The position numbers and the translations under genes are program-made. DNA of 64,000 nucleotides, from assembly GCF_004010195.1 (NCBI RefSeq), contig NC_057718.1, forward strand, positions 44,864,143 through 44,928,142. Direction: 5' to 3'. Shown one piece after another: positions 11,854 through 23,612 of this stretch. The notes below the pieces were generated by a model, which made no database searches, was not told the origin of the DNA, and saw nothing but the letters and a program-made list of their open reading frames with translations. Position 1 is the stretch's first letter. Every line of letters begins with the position of its first letter. The DNA is from Chiloscyllium plagiosum. Its lineage: Eukaryota.

Positions 11854-12513
11854 TGATTTGGAGGTTCTGGTACAAAGTTAAAAATCATACAACACCAGGT
11901 TATATGCGTGTGTGGGTGTGTGTGCATTGGGTGTGTGTGTGAGGAGGGGGGTATGAGTGCCTGTGAGAGAGTGTCTGAGAGAGAGTGTCTCACAGACACT
12001 TTTAACTCCCCCCACCAACCCCACCACACACACACACGTGCACTTACACACATATAAGTTTGTGAGGTGAATTTGTATTTGCAGAATTACATTTTATTTT
12101 GCTCAAAAACTTCATGAGTCCATGAAAGATTCTGTAAATCCCCTTTTTAGAAACAGAATCAGCCTGAACGTTGGGGCACAGGGCACCTCACACCTTCAAT
12201 GCATTATCTGAGCTGACATGGCACCTATTGTGAAAGTTCACTTGAGAATGTAACATTAAAAAAATGTTTTGCAACTTACATATGAAAGAACTGAAACCAA
12301 CGTGGTCATTCTAAAAGATGAGAGTCAAAACAAACAATCCAGGTCTTTTACAAAGTATAATTTCAGTTACATCACACTGTAAGCCTTTGTTATAAATTCT
12401 GTGTCTTACGATCTTATGCTCCACAACCACCTGAGGAAGGAACAGCGCTCCGAAAGCTAGTGCTTCCAAATAAACTTGTTGGACTATAACCTGGTGTTGT
12501 GTGATTTTTAAGT
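11854..12513 (+). mobile_element. Non-autonomous Penelope-like element (family A) with an inverted partial terminal repeat
   Basis: The terminal repeat at 12415-12513 is the reverse complement of the partial copy at 11854-11903; the internal part matches 35770-36145 in the opposite orientation; host CR1 TTA(C/T)AGAGA is duplicated at both flanks. Confidence 0.85.
12428..12462 (+). ncRNA. Minimal hammerhead ribozyme motif (Penelope-type)
   Basis: CAC-CUGAGGA-A-GGAAC/AGC/GCUCC-GAA-AGCU-A-GUG: stem I CAC/GUG, intact core, stem II with one mismatch, palindromic loopless stem III AGCU, predicted cut after A12459. Confidence 0.7.
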
Positions 12514-12805
12514 TTATAGAGAGATGTTGATAGGTTAAATAAATGGGCAAAAAAATTGGTAAATGGAGTATAATGCTGGAAAATGTGAAGTTGTCCATTT
12601 TGGAAGGGAGAACAAAAGAACAAAATATGTTTTAAATGGAGAGAAGGTGCAGAAAACTGCAACACAAAGGAACCTAGGGGGTACTTTGTGCACAAAGTAC
12701 AAAAGCTAACACACAGCAGGTAATCAGGATGATTAATGGATTGTTAGCTCTTTTTTCATGAGGGTGGAATATAACAATATGGAAGTCTTCCTATAACTGT
12801 ACAAG

Positions 12806-13017
12806 GGTCAAAGAGTGGAAAAGTACTACAGAACAGGCAGCATCCGAGGAGCAGGGAAGTTGAAATTTCGGACATAAGCCCTTAATCAGGAATATTGGGC
12901 TTATGCCCAAAATGTTGAATGTCCTGCTCCTCAGATGCTGCCTGACGTGCTGTGCTTTTCTAACACCATACTTTTCAACTCTGATCTCCAGCAACTGCTG
13001 TGCTCACTTTCTCTTTG
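12806..13017. mobile_element. Head-to-head pair of family B Penelope-like repeats with a 12-bp TSD
   Basis: TSD TAACTGTACAAG at 12794-12805 and 13018-13029; CAGGCAGCATCCGAGGAGCAGG is mirrored by CCTGCTCCTCAGATGCTGCCTG. Confidence 0.88.
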
Positions 13018-14714
13018 TAACTGTACAAGATACTGGTAAGACCAATCTGTGAGCAGTTTTGGTCCCCTTATTTAGGGAAAGATATTGTTTATTTGGAGGC
13101 AGTTCATGGAAGGTTTACTTGGATGATCCCCAATATGGAGGAATTGTCTTAGGTGCAAACACTAAACAGGTTGAAACTTTACCCGCAGGAGTTTAGAAGA
13201 ATGAGAGATGATCTCATTGAAACATTTAGGATTCATAAAGGGCTTCATCGGGTAAGTGCTGAGAGGATGTGTCCCCTCATGGGACAGTCTATGACCAGAG
13301 GAGTTGCAGAATATAGGGCTGCCAACTTTTGACTGAGATGAGGAGGAATTTCTCCTTGCTATAGAGAGCTCTTGGGGGAGGGGGGGGGGGTGGTCACAGT
13401 CCTTGAGTATATGGAAGGCTGTGATAGATAGGTTCTTGAGTGGTAGGGAAATCAAGAGTTTCAGGGAAAGTGCAAAAAAGTGTGGAATCTCAGATCAGCC
13501 ATGATCCTATGGTAGGGTAGGGCAGTCACGAAGGGCTGAATGGCCTGCTCCTCTTCCAATCTCTTATGGTTTTATGGTCTTGAAAGAGGGCATCAACTTG
13601 AGCAGCCAGGTCTAAAACAATTGCACTGGTGTCAAATCAGCATTCCATGCTAAATAATCCTGATCTGTGTACTCTGCAAATCCTGCTGCGTATTCCTAAT
13701 GTTCATTCTCATGGCCTCAATAAGGTGCCATTCAATGTGGGTTAGAGCTGAATTGGGAGCAAATGGCACAGTTGCCATTTTGCTTCCAAAATGACACATG
13801 TAGCATCAAAAAAAGCCTTACTTCAGCAGACACCAGAAAAATTTATCTCAGAAAGAATAATTTTTGTTTACTGCAGTAATTAGTTTCAATCATTTTTGAT
13901 AGAGACAGCTGGTCCACCTACTCTGAGGTTCATTATTGATGAATCTGCTTTAATTACCCTAAAAAATGTTTTTAAACTATAAATCAATATTTCTGTTGCC
14001 CTACATCTGACTAATTATTTATTCCTAAAATTCTACTCTGGGATCATTAAATTTTCCAAATCTAGGTAACTGAATTTTACCTCACTTTTTACTCAGTTTC
14101 TCAGTAAAATCTCTGAACCTATTTTAAGCATCTCTTTTTTTGAATTGATTCTTACATCTCCACCATTGCTTCATGTACTTACTATGGTTATAATTTCATT
14201 AAGTTCAGAAGACTTGTGATACCCTATAGCATGAATCTCATGCATTGTACTTCCAGCATGAGGCCAAGTTGAAGATACACACATGCACACACACACACAG
14301 CTTCAGACACACGACAATAACAATATTCAATTTTTTTATATTTTTTGAGGCCCAGTTTTTGGCAGGGGGTCACAGTGGGTGATGTTTTAAAAGTTTTGCA
14401 TTTTTCTTTTGTTGGTTTATTGTTTTCATTGCATACTTATTTTGTTGAGTTTCTTAAAAATAATTTCTTCTCCACCATATTGAGAATTTTATTTCTTAAC
14501 TAGCCAACAACACCATCAACATTCCTTCGGAAACTTCCCTCAGATGCACAACTAAAATGGTGACCACCATGTGTATATCCAGAGTTGACAGACAGTGTCT
14601 TGCTAACATTTTCAAAGGCACCCTTTTACTGTGGGCTTCCTTTGCCTGCAATTATGAAAAGATAATGAATGCCTACGGTTTCCTGTTTCCACAACTACAT
14701 ATCTTCACAGTGCT

Positions 14715-16222
14715 TCAAAGAAGAGATAACTGAAGAGACAGTAGAGACATTAGTGGTGATCTTTCAGGAATTGCTAGAATCAGAGAGGGTCCCAGAGGAC
14801 TGGAAAATCACTAACGTGACACCCTGTTTAAAAAGGGAGTAAGGCAAAATTACAGACCAATAAGCCTAACCTCAGTCATGGGTAAGATCCTGGAATGTAC
14901 AATGAAGAATGAGATTTCTGAATACTTGGGAGTGTATGGTAAAATAGGGAAAACCAGCATGGTTTCATCAAGGGGAGGTCATGCCTGACAACTCTGCTAG
15001 AATTATTTGAGGAAGTAATGAGCACATTAGACCAAGGAGAGCCAATGGATGTTATCTACCTGGTCTTCAAGAAGGCCTTTGACAAGGTGCCACACAAGAT
15101 GCTACTGAGTAAGAGGCAAGGTACTAGCATAGAAAGAGGCTTGGCTGTCTGGCAGAATGCAGAGAGTGGGATTAAAAGGGTCCTTCTCAGAATGATAGTG
15201 GGTGGCAAGTGGTGTTCCACAAGGCTCAGTGTTGGGACTACAACTTTTCACTTTATACATTAATGATCTAGATGAAGGAACTGAGGGCATCCTGGCTAAG
15301 TTTGCAGAAGTCACAAAGATAGGTGGAGGGACAGGTAGCATTGAGGAGGCAGGGAGGCTGCAGAAGGATTTGCACAGGTTAGGCAAGTGGGCAAAGAAGT
15401 GACAGATTAAGTATAACTTGGGAAAATGTGAGGTCATGCACTGTGTTAGGAAGAATAGAGACATGGACTATCTTCTAAAGGGGAGAACATTCAGAAGCCT
15501 GAAGTGCAAAGAGACTTGAGAGTTCTACTCCAGGACTCTCTCAAGGTAAACTTGCAGGTCGAGTCAGGAGTTAGAAAGGCAAATGCAGTAATGGCATTTA
15601 TTTTGAGAGGACCTCAATATAAAAGCTGGCATGTACTTCTAAAGCTCTGTAAGGCCTCAATTACAGGCCACATTTGGAGTATTGTGTACAGTTTTGAGTC
15701 CCATATCTCAGGAAGGACGTACTGGCCTTGGAGCATGTTTAGAGGAGATTCACGAGAATGGTCCCAGCAATGAAAAGTTTAACATATGAATAATGTTTGA
15801 GGACTTTGGGTTTGTACTCAATGGAGTTTAGAAGGATATGGGGGGATCTAATTGAAACATACAGAATACTGAGTGGCCTGAACAGAGTAGATGTTGGGAA
15901 AATGTATCCATTGGTAGGAGAAACTAGGCCCCAAGGACATTGCCTTAGAGTAAAGCGAAGACCTTATAGAATGAAAAGAAGGAGAAACCTCTTCAGCCAG
16001 GGAGTGGTGAATCTATGGAATTCACTGCCACAGAAGGCTGTGAAGCACAGGACATTGAATGTATTTCAGACTGAGATAGGTAGGTTCTTGAATATCATGG
16101 TGATTAACGGTTTGGGGAGAAAGTGAGGGAATGGGGATGAGAAACATATCAGCCATGATTGAATGGTGGAGCAGACTCAATGGGCTAAATGGCCTAATTT
16201 CTGTTCCTACGTCTTATGGTCT
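14715..16222 (+). mobile_element. CR1 LINE, 5'-truncated RT region
   Basis: ORFs contain DVIYLVFKKAFDKVPH, SGVPQGSVLG..YINDLD and FSQGVVNLWNSLPQ; same subfamily as 55075-58862. Confidence 0.95.
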
Positions 16223-16334
16223 TAATAAAAACATACAGCTTGCAAATTTTGGAAGAGCCATAAAGACCTTAACTATCATCAACAGAAAATACAAACTAAA
16301 AGATATAGCATACCTAAATGTTGCTTGTCAGGTC

Positions 16335-16480
16335 ATGAGGTCAGAGGCTAAGAATTCGATACTGAGTAACTCACTTCCTGACTCCTCAATGTCAGTCCAA
16401 CTCCAACAACACTTAGAGGCTTGACACCATCCAGGACAAAACAACCCACTCGATCGGCATCACATCCACAAACATGCACT
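16335..16480 (+). mobile_element. Fragment of old non-LTR family (RT C-terminus)
   Basis: CTCCAACAACACTTAGAGGCTTGACACCATCCAGGACAAA encodes PTTLRxLDTIQDK, homologous to 20440-20480. Confidence 0.55.
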
Positions 16481-16937
16481 ATTTTTATGTGGAACCTATA
16501 CTTTAAACTAGAGAACAGAGCATTCCACTGTTACTTTTAACAACTGAAAATCCATTTCACAAATATACCTTACACTGTCCCTTCAAGAGTCATTCAGTGC
16601 TCCTGGAACCAGATCAAAAACTTGTCCTTCCACAACCTGATAGCTTCTAATGCCACAATTCTCTTTCTTGATGGGTGTTTTTCCTGGAGATGCTCCCTCC
16701 AGCACAAACTAGGCAAATTGCATAGCAATATGGTTCACCTGGGCTTGTTATCCAAATAGAAATATTGATTAGCTGTTCCTTAGACCCCAACCCTATTCTA
16801 CCTCAAAAGTAAGTGTACAGTTTCAAGTATAACTACTTACAGCCTAAAATTCTCAACTACTTCCTGGTAATTTGGAAACTAGTGTACTGCAAACACAAAT
16901 GATACTGTCATTGCCATCAAACATGAAGTCTTACACT

Positions 16938-17720
16938 TAGAGTCAGAGAATCATAGAGATGAATAGCATGGAAACAGACCCTTCGGTCCAACTCGTCCAT
17001 GCCAACCAGGTATCCCAACACAATCTAGCCCTACCTGCCAGCACCTGGCCCATATCCGTCCAAACCCTTCCTATTCATATACCCTTCCAGATGCCTTTTA
17101 AGTGTTGCAATTGTACCAGCCTCCACCACTTCCTCTAGCAGCTCATTCCATACACGTACCACCCTCTGCATGAAAAAGTTGCCCCTTACGTCTTTTTTGT
17201 ATCTTTCCTCTCTCATCCTAAACCTATGCGTTCTTGTTCTGGATTCCCCCACTCAAGAGAAAAGACTTTGTTTATTTATCTTATCCATGCCCCTCATAAT
17301 TTTATAAACCTCTATAAGGTCACCCCTCAGCCTCCGACGCTCCAGGGAAAACAGCCCTAGCCTATTCAACCTCTCCCTATTGCTCAAATCCTCCAACCCT
17401 GGCAATATCCTTGTAAATCTTTTCTGAACCCTTTCAAGTTTCGCAACATCTTTCTGATAGGAAGAGGACCAGAATTGCATATAATATTCCAACAGTAGCC
17501 TAACCAATGTCCTGTACAGCCACAACATCCACTTTTATGCATTTCAAGATATCCAGCACTTCCTCTTCTGTAATATGGATATTTTTCAAGATGTCATCAT
17601 CTATTTCCCTACAGTCTATATCTTTCATGTTCTTTTCCACAGTAAATACCGATCCAAAATACTTGTTTAGTATCTTCCCCATCACTAGCAGCTCCACAAA
17701 AAGGCCACCTTGAAACAACT
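16938..17720 (-). mobile_element. CR1 LINE with a large internal deletion (junction near 17530)
   Basis: ORF 17500-17754 LNKYFGSVFT..HITEEEVLDILKCIKVD (pre-RT) joins directly to ORF 17253-17528 LYRTLVRLLLEY (post-RT); tail at 16938. Confidence 0.95.
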
Positions 17721-18715
17721 GAGGCCACAATTTAATCTTTAACAGCCATGACACTCAGTTATTTTATTTAGAAGAGGTTGCACAACCCCACCCCCTCTTT
17801 AATATATCTTAAATTCAAAATACTTTCCCAAAGTATAATAAGTTTATAGACCTCATATTTGTAACAATGTAAAAGATGGAAACAATATTAATTGGACTGA
17901 TGAAGATTGAATTAAAATGCAAGCCAATTTACCAATCAATAGCACAAATCTTACACTTCAACCCAGCTGTGAAGTCCAATCTGAATCTGTGAGATGAAGT
18001 TAATGAAAATTATTGATGAGAGAACAAAATGATAATGCATTTGGAAAGAACTGTATACAGCAAGACAAGTTAATTTCTCAGCGGCTATTAATGAAATGCA
18101 AATGAAGTGGGACATTTGAGTCAGAGTAATTAAAAATAAACATTAATTCTTCTCATTCATAATAAAAATGAGTGTGCTGGATTGATAATAACAATTCAAT
18201 TATACTATTTTTGAAAAGAGATTTTATTAAAGCTCAGAGGGGAGGATTTCAGGCTCATACAAGTATAAAGTTATGTCATAGAACATAATTGGTATCTTAC
18301 AGAGTTTGATATTAGTTATTGGAATCTATTTAATTCACAAATTTGACTTGATATTCCTCTATAAAGGCTTTGCTTTAAAAATTACCTGCAAAATTGTCAT
18401 ATAAAAACAGGGATAGCAATAAATCATGGTGGAGATAAAAAGAACTCAATAGTGATGCAAAATTGAGCTCTAAAATAATTAAGTTAGAAGTTATTCAGCC
18501 TATTGTAAAATCTATAAGAATCGATATAAACTATAAACAAGACTGATTATATGGCTGGAAATACTTATCTTTAGCATTTTGATTTTGATGCTGATCTTGC
18601 AGTTGTGTAAAATTGTAATATCGGAATAGGGATAGTGTCGCAGAGAATGCATTAGATTGAAACACATTTTGTAAATATAGGTAAATTTCTCAGTATTTGA
18701 AATTATTTAGCTCAC

Positions 18716-18769
18716 CTATCTTCAGGCTCAATGTGGCAAGTTTGATGACAATTTGATGGCAGAATATAT
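18716..18769 (-). other. Candidate 54-nt exon
   Basis: Acceptor aaatgcag (weak), donor TAG|GTGAGC (strong); open in phase 2 as YILPSNCHQTCHIEPED. Confidence 0.25.
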
Positions 18770-19359
18770 CTGCATTTTAAATTCAGTGTTATGCTGCAGG
18801 TTTTATTGCAACAGCACTTTGATAGCTCCAAGAATAAAGTTAGCAGTACTTATAATATTTCTGTAGATAATGAAACATCTGGAAACAGAAGGAATGAGAC
18901 TGCATTCTTCTTATTATAATCATTCATTTTCAGTTTCAGAGATATTAGTTAGCAAGAATTAACAATCAAATTTCTTTGTGTGAGTCTATGCGGTAAAGGT
19001 TGTGCAACTGCAATAACTTCGTAACGTTCAATACAAGTCAGTGGTGAACCAAATAGTGAGATTCCATTTTTGTAAAGCTAACAGCAGAGTGGTGCAACCC
19101 GGACAGTAATTGTTTCGATATTTGTGTTAACTGCACTTCTGACTCTCAGCTGAAGTTGTCGTTCCATTTGCACATAAATAACAGAGACATCATTAGCCCC
19201 ATTTTTATTCTGAGACCAAAATATAGCCCATGAAATTTAATAAACAAGGCCTGCAAGTAATTGCTCATAATCTTATTAACAGTGTTTTAGTGAGATGCTG
19301 TACAATTGGGCAGGGCCTTGGCCTGATACAAGTTAATACTTTCACAATAATTCACTTAC

Positions 19360-19383
19360 CTTGGGTAAATGTTTTCCAACAAT
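19360..19383 (-). other. Candidate 24-nt microexon
   Basis: tttgttttcttgtgtctaataatctgtttcag|ATTGTTGGAAAACATTTACCCAAG|gtaagt: CTAAT branch-like motif, pyrimidine tract and consensus donor; open in all three frames. Confidence 0.45.
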
Positions 19384-20359
19384 CTGAAACAGATTATTAG
19401 ACACAAGAAAACAAACAGCTTTGTTATAGCAATTTCTAATTTTAGAACTTGGAAAACATTTTATTGTGGTATATTTAGAACCAGCATCTGTGCTTTGTAC
19501 TTTCAGGTGGTTATTTTTGACAGCTATTTAGCATCAATTAGATGTAACGTTTTGAATAATAAAGTACTGCCTCTAGGCAGCCCATATGTGGATTACATGC
19601 TAAAGTCAGGAGCTAAACAATTTCAGTAAAATTAGATGCTTAAACATTAAGCTATCTCAAATAAACAGTGTTCCAGTCATGTAAAAGTTATACAGCTGCC
19701 ATATAGTACTTACTGCAAATCTAACTTTGTAATTTTTTAAAAATTAATTTATTCATTTCACTAACTAGAATTAAAGAGCTCCTTTTCATCAAAGATTGTT
19801 ATTCACTAAAATGTATCATCTTTAACAGTAACACTCCTATTACATTAATGCAATGGAATGGTTTGTCTTTCATAAAATAAAGTACACTAACTAATGTAAA
19901 GCTGAATATTTACAAAGCATATGTATAGAAAACATCCTCATAGCAAATTTCCTCTCTCTGTTTTAAGGAATTAAATTTTCAATGTGATTCTTAATTGTAC
20001 ACCATAAACATCAAAAACCAGTTTTGCAGTTGTTGTGAAAGATCAATGTAGTGTGAGGTCTTATGAATGTGCTATACAAAATACCAGCTGAGGAAGTTAA
20101 CTAACCAGCTAGTGTTTACTCAACCATCTAGAGCATGTCTACATAAATAGCAAAGGAAACCTTGAAAAACATATGGACACCAGAATATGCCTTACTAAAT
20201 TGTTGATGGATATTCAAAATCATATTCAATTATATCATTATTAAACAATGAATTAAAAGTTAGTGATATATTTAATGATAAGGCTTAAGGACCTGTTCCT
20301 TATTCTAACCAAATTCTATGCCATAAGGTGACAATTCTGTAGCAAACATATTACTTGTA

Positions 20360-20870
20360 GGCTCCCCAAGGTTTGTTCATTATCAACAAAGGCCAAATCA
20401 GATATGTGATGGAATACACCCTACTTATTGACAGGAATGTAGCTCCAACAACACTCAAGAGCTCAATGCCAACAAAGACTGAGCATCCCATCTGACTGGC
20501 ACTTTAATTCACGCATTCCAATGTTACACCAGTGCACTGGCAGTAGTGTGTATCTTCTACCAATTTTCACAGATCAACTTACCAAGGTTCCTTCAACAGC
20601 ACCTTCTAAAGGAAGGAAGGAAAGGGACAATTAATGCACTTCACCAATTGAAGATTCCCTTCGAAGTCACATATCATCCTGACATGGAAATATATTGCTA
20701 TTCCATCACTGTAAAAATCCTGGGAACTCCTTTCCTTACAGGACAATATCACATTGACGGCAGCAGATCAAAAAGGTGAATAACAACTACCTTCCCAAAG
20801 GCAGTTAAGGATAAGCAATAAATACTAACCTTGATAGCAACATTCACATCCTATGAACAAATAAAAAAAT
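20360..20870 (+). mobile_element. Old non-LTR retrotransposon 3' end (same family as 330-1285 and 63215-63695)
   Basis: AAGGCCAAATCAGATATGTGATGGAATACACCC..GCTCCAACAACACTCAAG resembles KAQVRSVMEY..APTTLK; tail GGCAGTTAAGGAT..CAATAAAT..ATGAACAAATAAA. Confidence 0.65.
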
Positions 20871-22149
20871 TCAACTAAGGAGTACTTTAAATTATCCATA
20901 CTGCAACGATAAAACACTATAAATGAGCAAATTAGTATAGTCTGAATAAAGTGAAATATCATATATTCTTTGTGATAAGTTCTAAGTAACAAAATTATAA
21001 TCTTTATAAAACTGTTCATGCATATTTTAGCAGAATAGCATTATTTACAGATGTAAGTTTTATATTATCATACTTAATGCAAACTTTCAAGTCTTTAAAA
21101 GTGAGTCATGTTTTCAATGGAAATCAGCAAATATGCAGTTGCCATTTTTATCTTTATAAAACAAACCTAGCTGTCAACTCTGACAGCAAGCCAGGAGCCA
21201 TATAATCTACATGTTTTTTCTTTGGCAGAAATCTATTATTTCATGGAACATTTTAAAAGAATTTCAATTATTGATATGAGAAATGGTTTATTGCAGCACA
21301 TAGAACTATTCTATGAATAAATTACATATAAAAACCATTTTAATGTGGAGCTTTATTTGTTTTATAAATGTATCCTCTCAGTAAACATACAACATCAGGA
21401 CAAAATTGATGTTTTATTTTTTGATGCTCTCACCAAAGAATTATCAGAAAGTTTAGATATTTTGGGAAGTGATGAATCATCATTCACAGGTTTTTCAAGA
21501 ACAAGGAACAAAGCCGATCATTTTATATTGCATGCTTAATTTTTAATAATCTGAAAATTGATCGGTTTTGCTGAATATCTGAGTCTTGGCTTCCACCTAA
21601 GTGATGTTGTGTCTGTATAAGAAGAGTCGACACAAAACGTCACCTGTTAAGTGGTAATGGTCGTTCTGATTTACGTAAATGCTGCATTCTGTTTAGTTGT
21701 CTGGAATACTGTACTCGTAATTTGCCGAATAAAGAGCCTGATGTGGTTATTGTTGTAAACAATTATCATATTCCTTTCTCTTCAGTCATAGTCTCCTGAG
21801 AATACAAATTTCCAGCCAGTGTGCACTCAAAACAGGACTCTCCTGAAGTGGTTCTGTGTGGGTATGGACTGAATCCAATTGTTTAGCTCCAGGCTTGGAG
21901 TTACAAAGGGACCTATTGTATTAGCGGCAGACTTTTTTAAGGCAAAGCTGGCCAGTAAAGTTCTCAGTGGATGCTTATCGTTGATAGCAGATGCGGGAAC
22001 ACTGACCAAATTCCCAAAGTGTTTATCATCAGTGTGAGATACACATGGTTGGCATGTTTGTGCCACGCTGCTATTGGGAATTGGTATCTTTGCTGTCCCC
22101 TGTCTTCTTTTGCATTTGGTGCAGATAGAGGGTATAGCATTCAACCTTT

Positions 22150-22600
22150 CCATCCATCATTGATGAGACTTGGCAGTATCGGCTGCAGCTGCATCAGCAA
22201 GATGGGCACGAAGCGAACACATGGCGACAGTAGAATTGATCTTGGGCCAGTGTGGTACCCAGTGGTATCAGTGGCGCCCTCAATGGCGATGTCCAGTGAG
22301 CACTCATAGTGCCTGGGCATTGGTGGAAATGAGATGGCATCTGAAAATGTCAACTTTCATTCCAGCAGCACAGTGAAGGGATTTCCTGCCTGTCCACTAA
22401 TCTCATGGCGGAGCACTTAACAAGAAGGACTGCAAAGTTGAACAATTTTTTCTGTATTTCTTTATTTTTCTGCCTCTTTATTCTATGTTTTGGTTTCTTT
22501 TTCTGTGTTTTAATGTGGTGCTAGAGAGTGGCAACACTATGCGACACTTTTCACTGCATTTTGTTACAAAATACATATGACAATAAATGAATTAAATTAA
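22150..22600 (+). mobile_element. Non-autonomous retroposon with a Rex1/Babar-like tail
   Basis: GC-rich body, T-rich stretch, then CTTTTCACTG...ATGACAATAAA and (AATTA)n; the 5' boundary is uncertain. Confidence 0.5.
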
Positions 22601-22699
22601 ACAAAACTTAGGTATTCTGTGAAGTTGTCCAATTGAACAGTTTATACAGAACCACCTTGACTTCATAAGCTGTGCTTTAAAGAGAAAATTGTCTGTTGT

Positions 22700-23004
22700 G
22701 CCAATCTAACACTTCTCCAGCCTTTTGTTTAGCTAACTGCTTTATTTTCCAGTCAGTTCTTTACTTCTATGCATTAGTTAGCAAGAATATTAAAATCATG
22801 AAGCCTTTGGAAAGGCTGGAAAATGTTCTCATCTCCATTTGCAGTGAACTATCTTTACACAATCCTGAGAAGTGCCTGTTGTTATCACTTGATACCGGTT
22901 CAAAATCGATATGTGCCATTTTTGTATTAGTTAAGAAAGCATGGAACACAAAAGGCCATTCATCCTTGAGTCCAATATTATCGTATTTGAAGCAACAGCA
23001 ATGA
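22700..23004 (+). mobile_element. Possible Ty3/Gypsy RT-RNase H connection remnant
   Basis: HEAF/ERLENVLIS..ELSLHNPEKCLLLSLDTGSKSICAIF resembles EAFEKLKxxLxSxPVLxxxDPxKxxxLxxDASxxGIGAV, with one frameshift. Confidence 0.4.
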
Positions 23005-23137
23005 AGTGAACGTACTGTTATTTTAGGTGTGTTATTGCTGACCTGATGCTCTGTTTTATCACCTTGGAGTATCTGAGAAACTTTGCAGAGTCTCAATGGG
23101 CAGATTCTCGGGATGCTTTATAAATTTAAAAGTTACC

Positions 23138-23612
23138 ATTAAATTGAATTAAATTGAATAAAATTTACTGTCACATTTACTGAGGCACAGTGAAAAGCTT
23201 TGTCTTGCATGCAATACAGGCAGATCACAGAGTTAAGTAGCATAGACAAGTAAATAATAGGTAAACAGCGGCAAAAACAAAAACACCGGTACCAGTAGGG
23301 TAGAAACTCTTTCGAAACCGGCTGGTGCATGTGTTCAGGCTTCTGTACCTTCTGCCCGATGGTAGAGATTGTAGAAAAGCTTTGCCAGGGTGGGATGGAT
23401 CTTTGAGAGTACTGGCAGCCTTTCTTTGACAGCGGGCCTAGTCGATGGATTCTATAGATGGGAGGTTGGCCTTTGTGATTGTCCGGGCCGAGTTCACCAC
23501 TCTCTGTAACCAACTTGAATGTTACATTTGCTATACCAGGTAGTGATACATCCAAACAGAATGCTCTCGGTAGCACACCTATAAAAGCTGGCAAGCGTAT
23601 TTGCCATCATGC
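23138..23612 (-). mobile_element. Rex1/Babar-type LINE 3' end
   Basis: TLASFYRCATESILFGCITTWYSKC (ORF 23494-23676) matches the Rex1-like FYRCTIESILTGCITAWYGNC; tail CTTTTCACTGT..GTGACAGTAAA(TTCAA)n. Confidence 0.85.

Larger units (their letters stand above)
11365..13580 (+). mobile_element. CR1 LINE (rearranged) carrying two Penelope-like inserts
   Basis: GGATTCCACAGGGATCAGTCCTG (GIPQGSVL), GCCAAATTTACAGATGACACAAAAATAGG (AKFTDDTKIG), and a 3' tail ATCAGCCATGATC..TCTTATGGTTTTATGGTCTT. Confidence 0.9.

Noticed and set aside
21345..21539. Protein-like ORF (DKIDVLFFDALTKELSESLDILGSDESSFTGF) as an exon
   Set aside because: No convincing donor or partner exons. It loosely resembles an acidic pogo transposase C-terminus, but too weakly to call.
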